From NCBI GenBank assembly GCA_051294375.1, contig CM119270.1, forward strand, positions 20,482,417 to 20,546,416: 64,000 nucleotides of DNA, given 5' to 3'. Positions 14,066 to 25,791 of the stretch are shown in pieces; the stretch's first letter is position 1; each line of letters opens with the position of its first letter. The DNA comes from Paraspadella gotoi (lineage: Eukaryota > Animalia > Chaetognatha). The notes under the pieces are model-generated. The model was not told where the DNA came from and made no database searches. It saw only the letters and a program-made list of their open reading frames with translations. Both the position numbers and the translations under genes were made by a program.

Positions 14066-17000
14066 TTAGAATAAACAAACGCATGTTTGTGTTTTTTTTT
14101 TCTGGATTTTCGTTTCGTTGTTTTATTGGATTATCGGATTTTCTCAGAATTTTTCGCCCAATGATTTTTTTTCACGGAATCAAGTGTTATTGTTTTTTTT
14201 ATTCTCCATTTTTACTCCTCTCTGTTCTCTGCTTCTCATCTCTCTTTATATCTCAGTCTCCTCTTCGTTCTCTTCTCTCTCCTCTTCTCTCGTCTCCTCC
14301 GCATGTTTTGTCCTTCTCTCTTTCTCTCTCTCACCTCTCTCTCTCTCTCGCCTCTCTCTTTCTCAATTTCTCCCTTCTTCCGTTGTCTTCTCTTCTCTCT
14401 CTCCCCCTTCTCGTCTCTTCCTCCCTTCCCTCTCTCCCCCTCCCTCGCTCTCCTCCTCTCTCTCTCGGTCACCCTCTTCTCCACCCTTCAACCTACATCA
14501 CCAATTCACGTCCTGGCTACATCCTTTCTCTCATCCTCTCTCTCGACCCGTTCTGCTGTCGAATAACGATTTCTAATATGATCGAACATAAACATGCTTC
14601 AGCAATCATTCTTCATCCTGCTTCCTCTTCTCCCCTATACGTGGCCGGACGAGACCTTTTTCTCGCTTTTCTTTTAATCCCGCAAGATCCGTTATTTTAA
14701 GGCCTAAAATCATTTGTTTAACCCGACATTATAGATTCTTGTACGTTTTAATAATTAACTATCTAGAAGCCGCTAGGAGAAGAACCCGTAGTACAAGGTT
14801 TCTGGGGGATAAGCTATTAAGCGCTCTAAGATGTCCCAGAGGTGAGAGCTTAGAGGGAGAAGAGAAGAGAGTAGAACGCACCGCACGCCGAGCTATGAGT
14901 ATGTAGATGCAGCAGAGTAGAGAGTAGAGAGATAACGATGACCTGTTATGAGTAAGAGAGTAGAGTAGAGAAAGTGTTGTATAACAAAGCGAGAACGGGA
15001 GAAAGAGCCGCAAGCCTTTAGGAAAACGGTTGAAAATATTTAAAGAGGGGTAAGGAGGGATGATTGCGGCCGAACGTTGTGTGAGAAGGAAAATAAAGGA
15101 AGCGTGAAAAAACACGAAGTATGCGAGGGTAGCGGGAGACTGCCATGGGAGGAAGAGCGCAGGTTAGAGAGTAGGGGTAGGAAAGGGAGAGAGGGGGAGA
15201 AAAAGATGACGAGGAGGGGGAAGGATGAGGTAGGAAGAGTGGGTTGGGAGGAAGGGAGAGCAAGAGACAAATTAGGAGAGATCGAGAGAGATGGAGGTCT
15301 TGGAATGACTGCAGACCGGAGGGGAGTGGGAGTCCGAACACTAAGTTCCACTGCTCGAAGCTGATCCGCACTGTTTTCTTTTTTTTTTTTGTTTTCTAAT
15401 AAAACGAGGAAGACTCTCGTCCCTGAGGAAAAAACTCTTTATATTTTTGATCTCCACTACGGCGCGCGTTGTTGATTGTGGGTGGTAGGGATTGGGAGAT
15501 CGTAGTCTTGTATATAGTAATACGCTTGAGTATAAAGAATTTACAGATAATCACTTGTATTCGCTGTGAAAGTATACAATCATATGGGCTTCCCCGACCA
15601 ACATTCTGCGAAAACTCCCGATAATCATATAATACCTTAACACGAAAACAGACAAATCCAGAAACATAAAAAACCAAACATGCGATTTGTTATATTACAA
15701 CTAATCCTCGGAAAGTTTATCCCCCTCATTCTCTGCATCTTTTTATAAAACAATTTTGCAAACTCCTCATTATCTGCACTATCTCGTGTAATCTTTGTAT
15801 TTTATGTCGAAAGTACTCAACCATACGCAATTCGCCATTCTTCATGAACCTAACCTTTTTGCTGGGTCGTTAAACCATCCTCGCTTTAATCCTGACTGCT
15901 AATCTTGCAATACCCCCATCCTTCGAGCAATCTCAAACCAATCCACATTGTCCGTGAGTCACTGGCGACGAATATGTAGAACAATAGGAACGTGTTGAAT
16001 ACTGTCGAGATCGTCAAGACCACACGCAAATAAGAATGAGTAGCATAGTAGAGTTACCCGAAGAGAAAACGAGACGATGAGAAGAGTGTAGGAGGAGGAG
16101 GAGTTAGGAAGGCAACGTATTGAAGACATGAGTGCTCCAACTTCGTGCAATCCGGGAGACAGGAGAGAGCGAAGGAGCCCAATATAGGGTCATTTCAAAT
16201 ACATACCAGAGAGGGAACTCTTGGCAATCTCTACACTAATATGGGCAAACATTCACCACCAGCTTGCCCAATCTATCCACATAAGATCCATGTTAAGCAA
16301 CTTCTCGACGCATGCCCTACAAGGCTTGTAACTATCCTACGCAATTACAATACCAACGCTTGCAATCTCGACGCCTTCTGTCGCAATCGGGGCTCAGAGG
16401 TCGGGCGCTGCAGGTATTGTTCATACAGCTCACTCTATGTGCATCTTCCCTCCAGAGGGTCCAAGGTTTTCCGCCCGCTCTTGTGAGTCTTAGCAGATTT
16501 CATGCTTTCCGTCAAGCCACCCCATTTGTTCACCCCGCCTTCCAATTGTTTTGTGTTTGATTCGCTAGCCTTCTAAAGGCACATTTCTTTTAAATGAGAC
16601 TATGGCCAATGAAAACCGTAAATAACTCTACTATCTAACCTCTTTTTTTTTTTCATCTCCGCCGGTTACTTGTTCTTTTACTATCGAGGCCGTTCCTCTT
16701 GTTCTTTCATTAACGACCCGAAAGTTCCAGAGTTATATTACTGGCCATACCCCTCTTGTATCATCTATGGCAAAATTCTTTGATAGATAGTGCTTGTGGC
16801 AAATCAATTCAGTCCTCGATATTTCGATTTTCCAATAGTCACGACTACTCATCTTTTCGTTTCTCTTCTCCAGTTCCTTGATTTCGGTAAGTTGGGACTC
16901 AGGTTAAATCGGATCTGCTCGAAGGTCTCCTCCGTGGAGCCGGATTTATAAATTATTCTCTATTTTATTTACCAAATGAAACCCTTTTGTCGAATTCGGA

Positions 17001-20000
17001 TCCTTGAACGCGAATTTTTTTTTTCTTTTTCTGTCGCATTTAGCAACTAACAGACTTACCCAATACATTTGTATTGTGCTGCATTAGTCCTTTGGCGGCG
17101 CAAAAGGAAATAGCCTGGAAGCTCGTATGGGCCACTTAAATCTGACAGTGATTTAAAATTACTGACAATAAACCCATCCAGTGAATTCTCGGAAGAGTCG
17201 AAAAGCTGGAAGGATCACTTTGATTGGGTGAGATCGTGGAGTGGACGCGGATCCTTGCCGTAACTGTTTTTGTTTTCTTCAATTTTTCCCGCAACTATAT
17301 GCGTGAGATATTGTCTATAAACAACAATTCACAGCATATCATCACTTTTTTTTTTACTCTAACTCACTATTCCTATCATTTCTACTTTTTTCTACCATAT
17401 TATTGTATCCTTTGTGCGCATTTATTTTTTTTTTTCTATCTTATCCTCTCTTTACAACCCTGTATTTTTCCAAAGCTAACTTCCCTCTACTTTATTTTTC
17501 CTTACTTTTTTTCTTTCCTTTTTTTTTGTCGCAGATTTTTTTTTTATACTTTTTTTAACATTATTTATTTTTTTTTAATCGTCTTCCTACATTCCACTAT
17601 TTTTCTCTTTCCCAAATTATTCCTTTCTTCACCGTTTTCATGTTCGTATTCCTGCTGTGCGTTTGCAGGTCTTTTTGCGTCAATCTTTTTTTTTTGTTGA
17701 AGTCAAAAACCGCCAAATCGGAGAGCCTTCTTGTATACAAGTCTTTTTTGTGAGTACGTCTCCTTTATACTTCTTCGTCTCTTTAGCGCTCGATCGGTGG
17801 TCCTTCAAGCAGGCTGTGGTGTTTATCGCCCTTGGCTCCGTTTTCTTTGATTAAGAACCGCTACAAAGTCGGTCAGGAATATTTGCCGTCTTTGTCATGT
17901 GTATGTCTATGTTTTTCTTTCGGCTGGTCCTTGTGTTGTTTGTTGTCGTTGGCTTCGGACCTCTCGTGAGTAATTTGTCGGCCGATACGAGTGAGGCGCG
18001 GGTAACGTTGATGGCAGTATCTTCGAGTAACTCCCTATACGAAGCAGGAACTGGCCTTCCGAACCGCGGCATTTCGCGCGAAAGCAGAACCCGACCCGGA
18101 ATTTCCCGCCGCTAAAAGTCACGCACTTAGGGATGGAAGACCTTCTAAGTCAGGATCGGGAGTAATAAAATCTATTCGTGATCCGTTTTTTTTTCCCCTG
18201 TGCGGAGCCCAAGTCAGCGCGATCACTCGGCGGCCTCGCCCATCTTCGTAAATTTCCATCCCGGCGGTCGAGAAAACTTGTTCGTCTTCCATTTTCCACT
18301 TTTTGGAGGCGTTTCCTCTTGGTCTTTCCCTCTCATCTTTCTTTTTTCTCCTCTTTTCTTCTCTATCCGTTACCATTCGTAAATATCAATTACCTTCTTC
18401 ATTGGCTTTTTCCCCCGAAATAAGTTTATCCATTATCTTCTGATCTTCTTTCTCCAGAACCTTAATCGCTGTGTTCCAATATCCTTATACTTCTTCTTAT
18501 CTACTACTTTTAGTTTCTTCTTCTTGTCCCCCTAGTTTTGTATTATTTTCACTTTTTTTTTTTTCCTTTTTCACCACTCTCTTTGAACCTTTTGTATATA
18601 TTTTTATTTATTTCACATTTTTTGCTTCTGCAGTATCCGGAAATAAAAGGTCAGCCTATCAACATGAAATAATTTTGTCTGCACTCGGAGAATAATGAGT
18701 TTCGATAATTTGTATTTTTTTTGCTTTTTTTCTGTGTTTGTTTTGTTGTATATATTCTTTTTGACTAATTGTTTTGTTCCCCCATTTTAATGTTCGTTTC
18801 CGCGATGGCGAAGACACATTTTAAAGGTTTTATGGCGCCAGAAGCCTTCTTGCCACTGAGGAAGAGGCTTTTAGGGGCGTAAAATAAATTAGGCTCCTTA
18901 TACTGCGGGGCCGTTTGCAGTTCTCTTAATCAAGATATCCTGAATATCAACGTTTAAAACAAGGGTTTTTTCAGTAACTTTATGGATTTTTAAAGTTTAA
19001 GTAAAGTTAAACCGAGCTTAAGCAGTGCTATGGGGCGCGGCAGCGGGTCATGGATTAATTTAATAATATGGCTTTTTATTTGCCGATTTTGCGCCTTTAT
19101 TGTTGATTGGGGCATTTGCCGTATCGTATTTCAAGAGACGCAACTAAGATCTGTTGTGGCGATGGCCGACGGAATGAGGAGCCCTTTAATGTAAGAAAAC
19201 TTCAAAAATAGTTATTGCTAAATTGTTGTTTATGTTCTATTTTAATAAATTTCCTTTTTAAAATTAGAACCGNNNNNNNNNNNNNNNNNNNNNNNNNACT
19301 GTCAAAATGGCGAAAAAAACCCTCATCCATCCTTCATCCAACAACAACAACACAACGAACAAGAATAAACGAAAGGACCGACACGACAACGACGACACGA
19401 AAACAACGATCCAAGACACCAGCTGAGCGTAAGCTCAAAGCAAAAAGGCTTAGAGCTTTGTTATGAAAAATCACTCTTTCTCTCTCATAAACAACCATCG
19501 GAAACTTGCAAGTGACAACCCTGCTGAGGTCTCTCTTCTCTGCTCTCTCTCTCTCTCTTCTCTTTCATCTCTCTCTCATCTCATTATTATACTCCTTCTC
19601 CTCGTCTCTCAGCTTCTCATCTCTCTATCATTCGTCTCCTGTCTCTCCTCTCATCTCTCTCTCGTCTCTCCATGTGTCTCATGTCTCTCTTTCTCTCTCT
19701 CACCTCTCTCTCTCTCTCGCCTCTCTCTTCTCAATGTTCTCTCTTCTCTCCTTCTCTCTTCTCTCTCTCCCCTCTCTCTCTCTCCTTCTCTTCCCCCTCC
19801 TGCTCTCTACCTCTCTCTCTCTCTCTCTTCTCTTTTCTCTACTCTCTGTTGTTTGACATTAAAACATTCATTCCTGTTTCTGCGGACCGGAGAATTCCTT
19901 CGTTAGATTTGTCCCAATTTGTTGTTTTTCGAAAGGACGAGAGAGAGACCAGGGAAATGACGCGCGTGTGTCAGAGCGGAGAGTTAGAGGACAGAGACGA

Positions 20001-22339
20001 GAGAGAAAGGACGAGGAGGAGAGAGAGAGAGACAGAGAGACGAGAGGAGATGAGAGGAGCAGAACGAGAGAGAGAGAGAAAGCTGACAGGCGGGGAGAAG
20101 TGGGGGTTAGAGGGAGGAGGAATGGTGGAAAAAGAGCGCGAAAGACAGAATTGCGAGGTCGAGGGAGACAGAGGTATGAGGAGGAGGAGAAGCATGGTAG
20201 GAAAGAGAGAGGGAAGGAGTGGGAAGGGGAAGAGAGGGAGAACGAGGGGCGATGGGAGCAGAGACGAGGAGAAAAGGAGAGAGAGAGAGAAGAGGTGGGA
20301 AAGAGAGCAGGCGGGAGTGCGTCGAGAGGGAAGAGGGGGAGGGAGAGAGAGCACTGATTAACCAAGAGAGAGAGAGAGAGAGAGAGAGAGACCTCAGCAG
20401 GGTTGTCACCAGTTCGGAGTTGTTATGAGAGAAGAGTGTTTTTCATCAAGCGTCTGGAAGCCTTTTGCTTTGAGCCGACGTCGTTGTTGTCGTCGTCGTT
20501 GTCGTCGTCGTCCTCTTTTCTGATGTCGTTTTGTTGTTGTTGTTGTGAAGATGGATGGTTTTCATTTTGACAGTAAACCGCGAGCTTAACTAAATGAGAG
20601 AATAAACTTAAGTATTATTTTTTCAATTTAAACCTGACAGATCTGGAATCAAACGCGATGCTTAAGCTTTTCAAATCGTTGCACGAGATCGAGAGAACGA
20701 GAAAAAACTGCTGAGATGAAAAGCGAGAAGGCGAGAGAGAGAGAGAGAGAAAGAAGAAGTAGAGAACAAAGCCCTCATGATGAGAGCAAAGGAGAGGGGG
20801 GTTGTCCACTTAGAGAGAACAAACGGTCGCAAACCATCGGAGGGTTGTATTCTTAAAATGAATTAAAATAGGAAAGGGAAGATTGTTATTTTCACACAAT
20901 GCAAGAAAGAGGAAAGTAATTCAGAGTCTGTGGAATCGAAAGGCGTTAATAAAAAATGCTTTTAGTTATATTTGAAGTAGCCGCTTTATCGAGTGCACGG
21001 ACAAATCCGGTCTGTCGTCCAGTCCTGTTTTGTTGTGTCGTCGTGTACTGTTCAAATTCCTCATTTCTGAAGAGTCGTTTTGGTTGTTGTTGTTAGTGAA
21101 AAGATGGATGGTTTTCCATTTGCAGTAAATAACCGCGAGAGCCTTTTAACCTTGATATTACCTGTGAGAGAATTAAACCTGTTATATGTTAATTATTATA
21201 AGAATTTTTCTCCGCCAGCATTGAAAGTCTACATCCTGGCAATACCAACTGGACGCCAGTTATTCAATCTTCTTTTGCGTATATCATCCGGTACCGAATC
21301 AAGCGGGCGTGCTTAAGCCGTGGTTCTCAAATAGTTTTTTGCGGGGGATGAGGATTCAAAAGAGATCTCTTCACATTCTTCGTCAAATTCATCTCCCAGC
21401 CAATCGAGTTTCTTTTTCAATTTTTTAAACTCAAATTTCGCGTTATTTAAACTCTTACTATACACTCTCTCCGCCTATATCTTTTCTCTCTTCTTTAGTT
21501 TTTGAGCTAGCATATATATTTCAACAATTCTTCAGGCTCATCCGTAAATTTTGGTCCTGTTTTCGAAATCTGTACTTCTTTGTCTCTATAAGGTAATTCA
21601 TAGTCTACGTATACTCTTTTAGTGGCTCCTATACCTCATCCTCAGTCGAGAGCGCACAACAGCGGCCGGAAATTAAAGGGGCGGCGGATTCGGGCGGCGT
21701 CGCTGTCGCCGGTCGGCGCCGCAGCGGATCTGCAAACGCCGACGCCGGGGACGCCGACGGGCACCCGCTGGGGAACGGCGAATGATAGCTGAGAGAGAGA
21801 GGTGAGAGAGAGAGAGAGAGCGAGAGAGAGAGAGAGAGAGGAGAAAGAAGAGAGAGACAGAGAGAGAGAGAAGAGAGAAGAAGNNNNNNNNNNNNNNNNN
21901 NNNNNNNNGAGAGAGAGAGAGAGAGAGGCAATTGGTTTGGCAGCGAAAATAACTTTTTCCTCCTCTCATGTTTTCATGTTTCTGCAAATGATCGCCCGAG
22001 TTCTTAAATCTTCTCTCTTCTCGTAATCATCATCATCATCATCATCATCTTAAATCTCGCGTCTTTTTCACTCTGCACTTTCCTTAGACATTCACTCGAT
22101 TGTATCTCTTCTCACTTTACTTTCTTAATGTTTTCTCGGGATCTCTCTCTCAACAAAGAATTTCTAAACAACGTCTACACATTATAATATTATTCTTATT
22201 TCATCTTGCCTATTCTTCAAAAAATAGATATATATGAATGTCTCAGTAACAAGTTCATTGTTTTCATGATGAATACTTAAACTTAGATATAATAATAATA
22301 ATAATATAATAATATAATATAATAATACTTAAATACGAT

Positions 22340-22603
22340 CGTCGGAGACTCAGCCTCACCTCGAGTGAAATCGGAAGAGAGGATCGGGCGATCGCCGCAG
22401 AATCGGAATCACCGAATCCTGATTGGTCGAGATGGAACCGGCATAGACCAATCAGCTTGCAAAATAAATGGAACCGTCATAATAAGCCTTACCTTCGATC
22501 CTTTTCTCTAGTTATAAATAGACCTCGCTTTCTTAAATTTCGGTAGGACTCTCGCGTGTGTCTCACCGTCACCATATTTCTCTCAGAATAAATCTCTTAA
22601 ACG
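22340..22603 (+). mobile_element. Solo-LTR-like segment
   Basis: Inverted CCAAT pair (22419-28 and 22446-55), TATAAATA (22513-20) and AATAAA (22587-92), directly followed by TGG and a tRNA-complementary PBS. The termini read CGT...ACG rather than TG...CA. Confidence 0.6.
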
Positions 22604-22638
22604 TGGTGGCTGCTGTGGGATTCGAACCCACGCCTCCG
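22604..22638 (-). other. 3' 35 nt of mature tRNA-Leu including CCA (primer-binding-site-like on the plus strand); not an intact tRNA gene
   Basis: Reverse complement is CGGAGGCGTGGGTTCGAATCCCACAGCAGCCA-CCA, which is the variable arm end, T-arm and acceptor strand typical of eukaryotic tRNA-Leu. The 5' half is absent. Confidence 0.8.
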
Positions 22639-22722
22639 TAAATTAATTTAAATAAATCCTTATCACTCGCTCATTTTACCTTCTCTCCTTTTTCTCTTCC
22701 TCCCCTCCTACCTCAACCGCAG

Positions 22723-22917
22723 CCTCCCGCCAGCTCCGCCGCGCCGGCGCCTGCTGCGGCGCGTCTTACTCTTCCCTCATCGCTCGATTTCCCGTCGTCG
22801 TTCTTCTCGTCCTCGGAGGGGGCGTGTCTCTTTGCGTCTTCAGTATCGTTGGCAACGGAGTCAACCCTTTCGATCTTAGTTGCCCTTCGATGGGATTCGA
22901 GACGAGAAACACTTTCG
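22723..22917 (+). CDS. disp: Dispatched homolog, exon with TM1 (first recognisable coding exon; alternative acceptor gives start 22734)
   Basis: Translates SYSSLIARFPVVVLLVLGGGVSLCVFSIVGNGVNPFDLSCPSMGFETRNT, resembling DISP1 'SYAALIADWPVVVL...DFSDPLLGFEPRGT'. Donor is gtgag. Confidence 0.88.
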
Positions 22918-23320
22918 GTGAGAAGGGACCGCCGTCCGGCATTATTTTCCTAGAGAGCCCCATTTTGATTTTTTTAAATTTTTAAACTTAATTTTCACTA
23001 TAATATTTTGCTTTAATCTTTTTTCTAATAGTTTTATCAAATTCTTAACCGTTATCTTAAATAATAACTAAATCCTAAACCCTAATCCCTAACTTTAACT
23101 CCTAATCGCTAACTTTAATGTCTTACTTTATTTTTTAACTTTAAATCCAAATCCTTAATAAGAACTTTAACCAAAGCTCTAACCTTATCCCTAACCCTAA
23201 TCCTTAACCTTCTTTCTATTCTTATCCTTTAACCAAAATATTAAACCTAAAAATAAATTTAATATTGAATTTAAACTGACACGGAGCGCTTTCGGTAAAG
23301 AGGCCCTCCTCCACCTCCAG

Positions 23321-23532
23321 TATCCCGTCGCCTCTTCACTTTCCTCCGAATCATGGAGGGTCGTTCCGGAGTCGTCAAGCTGCTGGAGAAGACGGACGCC
23401 CGGAACCGGTCGTCCGCGACGAGCTGTTCCAACCAGGGAGAGATGGTCTTTCGAGACGTGGCCGAATATCCCAAACTCATTTATGTGGCGCAGAATGAAG
23501 GGGATTCGTTGTGGAACGCGGAAAAACTTAAG
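23321..23532 (+). CDS. disp: Dispatched exon (ECD1)
   Basis: Acceptor ctccag. Translates VSRRLFTF...YPKLIYVAQNEGDSLWNAEKLK, resembling DISP1 'GQRLVTW...YSRVVFTSSGGETLWNLPAIK'. The donor reads gggagg, which is non-canonical (see findings). Confidence 0.82.
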
Positions 23533-23907
23533 GGGAGGCTCTTCATGGAATACTTTTAAAAATAAATGATTTAAATTTAAAATATTAATTTAAACTAAAA
23601 AAAAAAAATATATTAGGTAGTTTACTGAAAGCTGTAATTATATTTTCAAATGGATACAGGGCTTAACCCACTTATTTTTAGAGAATAAATAATTGTTATT
23701 TTGGTTATATGTACCAATTTTACTTTTATAGAACAACTAAATAAAAACTAATTACATTATCTTCATGATAAATCGACAAATATGTCAATGAATGCTTTCA
23801 CTCAGAAGAAAATTTACACTCAATATTCGGCAGAAGAAGATAATATAATTTCCTTCATTTTATAACAAACAAACTTGATATAGAATTTTTCGTTTTTCTC
23901 CCTTCAG

Positions 23908-24035
23908 GCGATTTGCGAAATGGACGCCGATATCGCTCGCGAATTCCCGACTCTCAGCGGGAAATGTCCGCATCACGATTTGCCTTCGCAAATACTAGAG
24001 TTGGTTCAGGAGGAAAGGATATATTTTGGCGGGAG
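23908..24035 (+). CDS. disp: Dispatched exon (ECD1)
   Basis: ttcag|GCG...|gtgag. Translates AICEMDADIAREFPTLSGKCPHHDLPSQILELVQEERIYFGG; AICEMD corresponds to DISP1 SMCNVD. Confidence 0.8.
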
Positions 24036-24340
24036 GTGAGAGAGAGAGAGAGAGTGAGAGAGAGAGAGAAAGAGAGAAGAGAGAAAGAGAGAGAGAGAGG
24101 GTTGGCGAAGTTGGCCGTATGGAGTGGGGTGGTCCCAAGTCTGTCGAAAGGGAAGAGAAAGAGAAGGAGGAAGAAGGGTACAAAGTGTTTTGGAAGAAAC
24201 TGGAAAAAGATTAAGTAAAAGTTAAATCAGAAAGGTGTGTTGGAAAAAGACACGAAGATCTAAATATCGTATTGTTTACGAAACAAAATCATAAAATCAA
24301 ACACTCACACCGCCTTTTCCTTCCATCCCTTTTTTTCAAG

Positions 24341-24496
24341 AGAAAGCCCCGCCTCCCGATGCGACTCCATCTCTCAAACCACGCTGGACGCGGCGTTGGA
24401 GAGACTCCAACGCTGCGCCGTCGCCTACAGAGGGAAACTCATGTCTCAACTCTTTCGTTGCTGCATGGAACAAAAGGCAGCGATGGAGATCGCCAA
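24341..24496 (+). CDS. disp: Dispatched exon (ECD1)
   Basis: Phase 2 to 2, donor gtgag. Translates ESPASRCDSISQTTLDAALERLQRCAVAYRGKLMSQLFRCC, resembling DISP1 '[24 protein letters not shown]'. Confidence 0.8.
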
Positions 24497-24643
24497 GTGA
24501 GACGGGCTCCTTATTTTTTCCAAGCTATTCCATCAATTTAATTAAGTAATTAATTAAGTAATTAATTTGAATCAATTATGTAAACCAAATTAACCAAATC
24601 AAGCAATATAAACAATTTAACCAACCAAATAAATCAATCAATA

Positions 24644-24677
<34 letters not shown>

Positions 24678-24678
24678 G

Positions 24679-24775
24679 ACGAATCAAGTGGCGAGAACTC
24701 TTCGACTGTCGCCAATTCTCATCGACGAAAGTGTCCGACGGTGGGATTCCAAACTCTCAGTTTGTCCTAAAAATC
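24679..24775 (+). CDS. disp: Probable Dispatched exon (acceptor uncertain, 24679 or 24689)
   Basis: Open in phase 2 to 0, ending ...SQFVLKI|gtgag. Joined to the next exon it gives 'FVLKI-DF', comparable to DISP1 'HYLVDKDF'. The acceptor is weak. Confidence 0.55.
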
Positions 24776-24784
24776 GTGAGCAGG

Positions 24785-25085
24785 TTGGGGGGTTGATGAC
24801 GCTGTTTGATTGGGGGGGATGATGGAGCTGTTCGTAATTGTGAGCTGTTGATTGGAGGATGACTTGGAGCCTGTTGATAGAGCTGTTGGTGGGGTTGATG
24901 GAGCTGTTGATGGGGATGTGAGCTGTTGATATGAGCGATGTGGTGGGGGTTGATTGGATTTGGATTGGACGCTGTTGGTGGGGGGTTGATGAAGCTGATT
25001 GATGGAGGGATGATGGAGCTGTTGATGAGCTGTTGGTGGAGGGTTGATGGAGCTGTTGATGGAGCTGTTGTGGGGGTTGATTGGA
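24785..25085. repeat. Degenerate GATGGAGCTGTT/GGGGTTGAT minisatellite
   Basis: Repeated gatggagctgtt units. A related motif (ctccagccccatcaccatcaac) occurs in the opposite orientation at 35160-35462. Confidence 0.8.
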
Positions 25086-25330
25086 GCACTGTTACTCGCG
25101 GCGGTTGCTGTCGTGTTACCGATTACTGGTATACTAACGTATATCTCTTTTCCTTGTGCCCCTCCTTTGAATGGGTCATAAAACTGCGAATGCGATGACA
25201 AGCAATGTGGTGCGTTTGAATCTGTTTGAGGGTTTACCTCTGATGGGCGACGATTGGAGTTTTCTACAAGTCTTTACTAACGTTTCGTCTCTCTCTCTCT
25301 ACTCAGATCTCTCTCTTCTCTCCTCTCTCT

Positions 25331-25364
<34 letters not shown>

Positions 25365-25662
25365 CTCTCTTCCGCTTTTCTCCCTCTCCCTAATCTTACC
25401 ATACCCTTTCTATTTTTCAAACCCCTTCCCTTTTTCCCTCTCTCTCCTTCTCTTTTTATTCCTACACTCTCTCTTTCCCTCCACCCTCTCCTTCTTCTCC
25501 TTTTCTCTTTCCACCCTCTCATCCTCTCCCTCCTCTTCTTCCCCCTCTCCCTCTCTCTCCTCAAAGGGCTTGCGACGTCGGGACGATGTTCGACTCTCGT
25601 TACGTGAGACTCGAAGCTTGCCGTTGTCTTTTAATTTCCTTCTTCGTCGTCGCTAAATAAAG

Positions 25663-25675
25663 GATTTCCGGGGAC

Positions 25676-25711
<36 letters not shown>

Positions 25712-25791
25712 AGAAGAAGATGACAGACGAACGACGTCAAAGGCTCAGTCTTCAAAATCGGACCTTACTTCCGAAATATCGGGAGATGAGG
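25663..25791 (+). CDS. disp: Probable Dispatched exon containing a poly-Thr tract
   Basis: aaag|GAT TTC...AGG|gtaagt, 129 nt, phase 0 to 0. Translates DFRGP(T)nKKKMTDERRQRLSLQNRTLLPKYREMR. Confidence 0.55.

Noticed and set aside
11870-19130. Giant inverted repeat (about 11.9-13.5 kb vs 16.8-19.1 kb) as a foldback transposon
   Set aside because: The arms differ mainly by scattered 1-3 nt indels, the spacer is unreadable, and it ends near a 25-N gap. This fits uncorrected forward and reverse passes of a long read.
19298-21200. Inverted and direct copies of the same segment (19298-19530, 20385-20620, 21040-21200)
   Set aside because: Three noisy versions lie between two 25-N gaps, so an assembly artefact is more likely.
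22604-22638. Functional tRNA-Leu gene
   Set aside because: Only the 3' 35 nt are present, with CCA. The D-arm and anticodon arm are absent.
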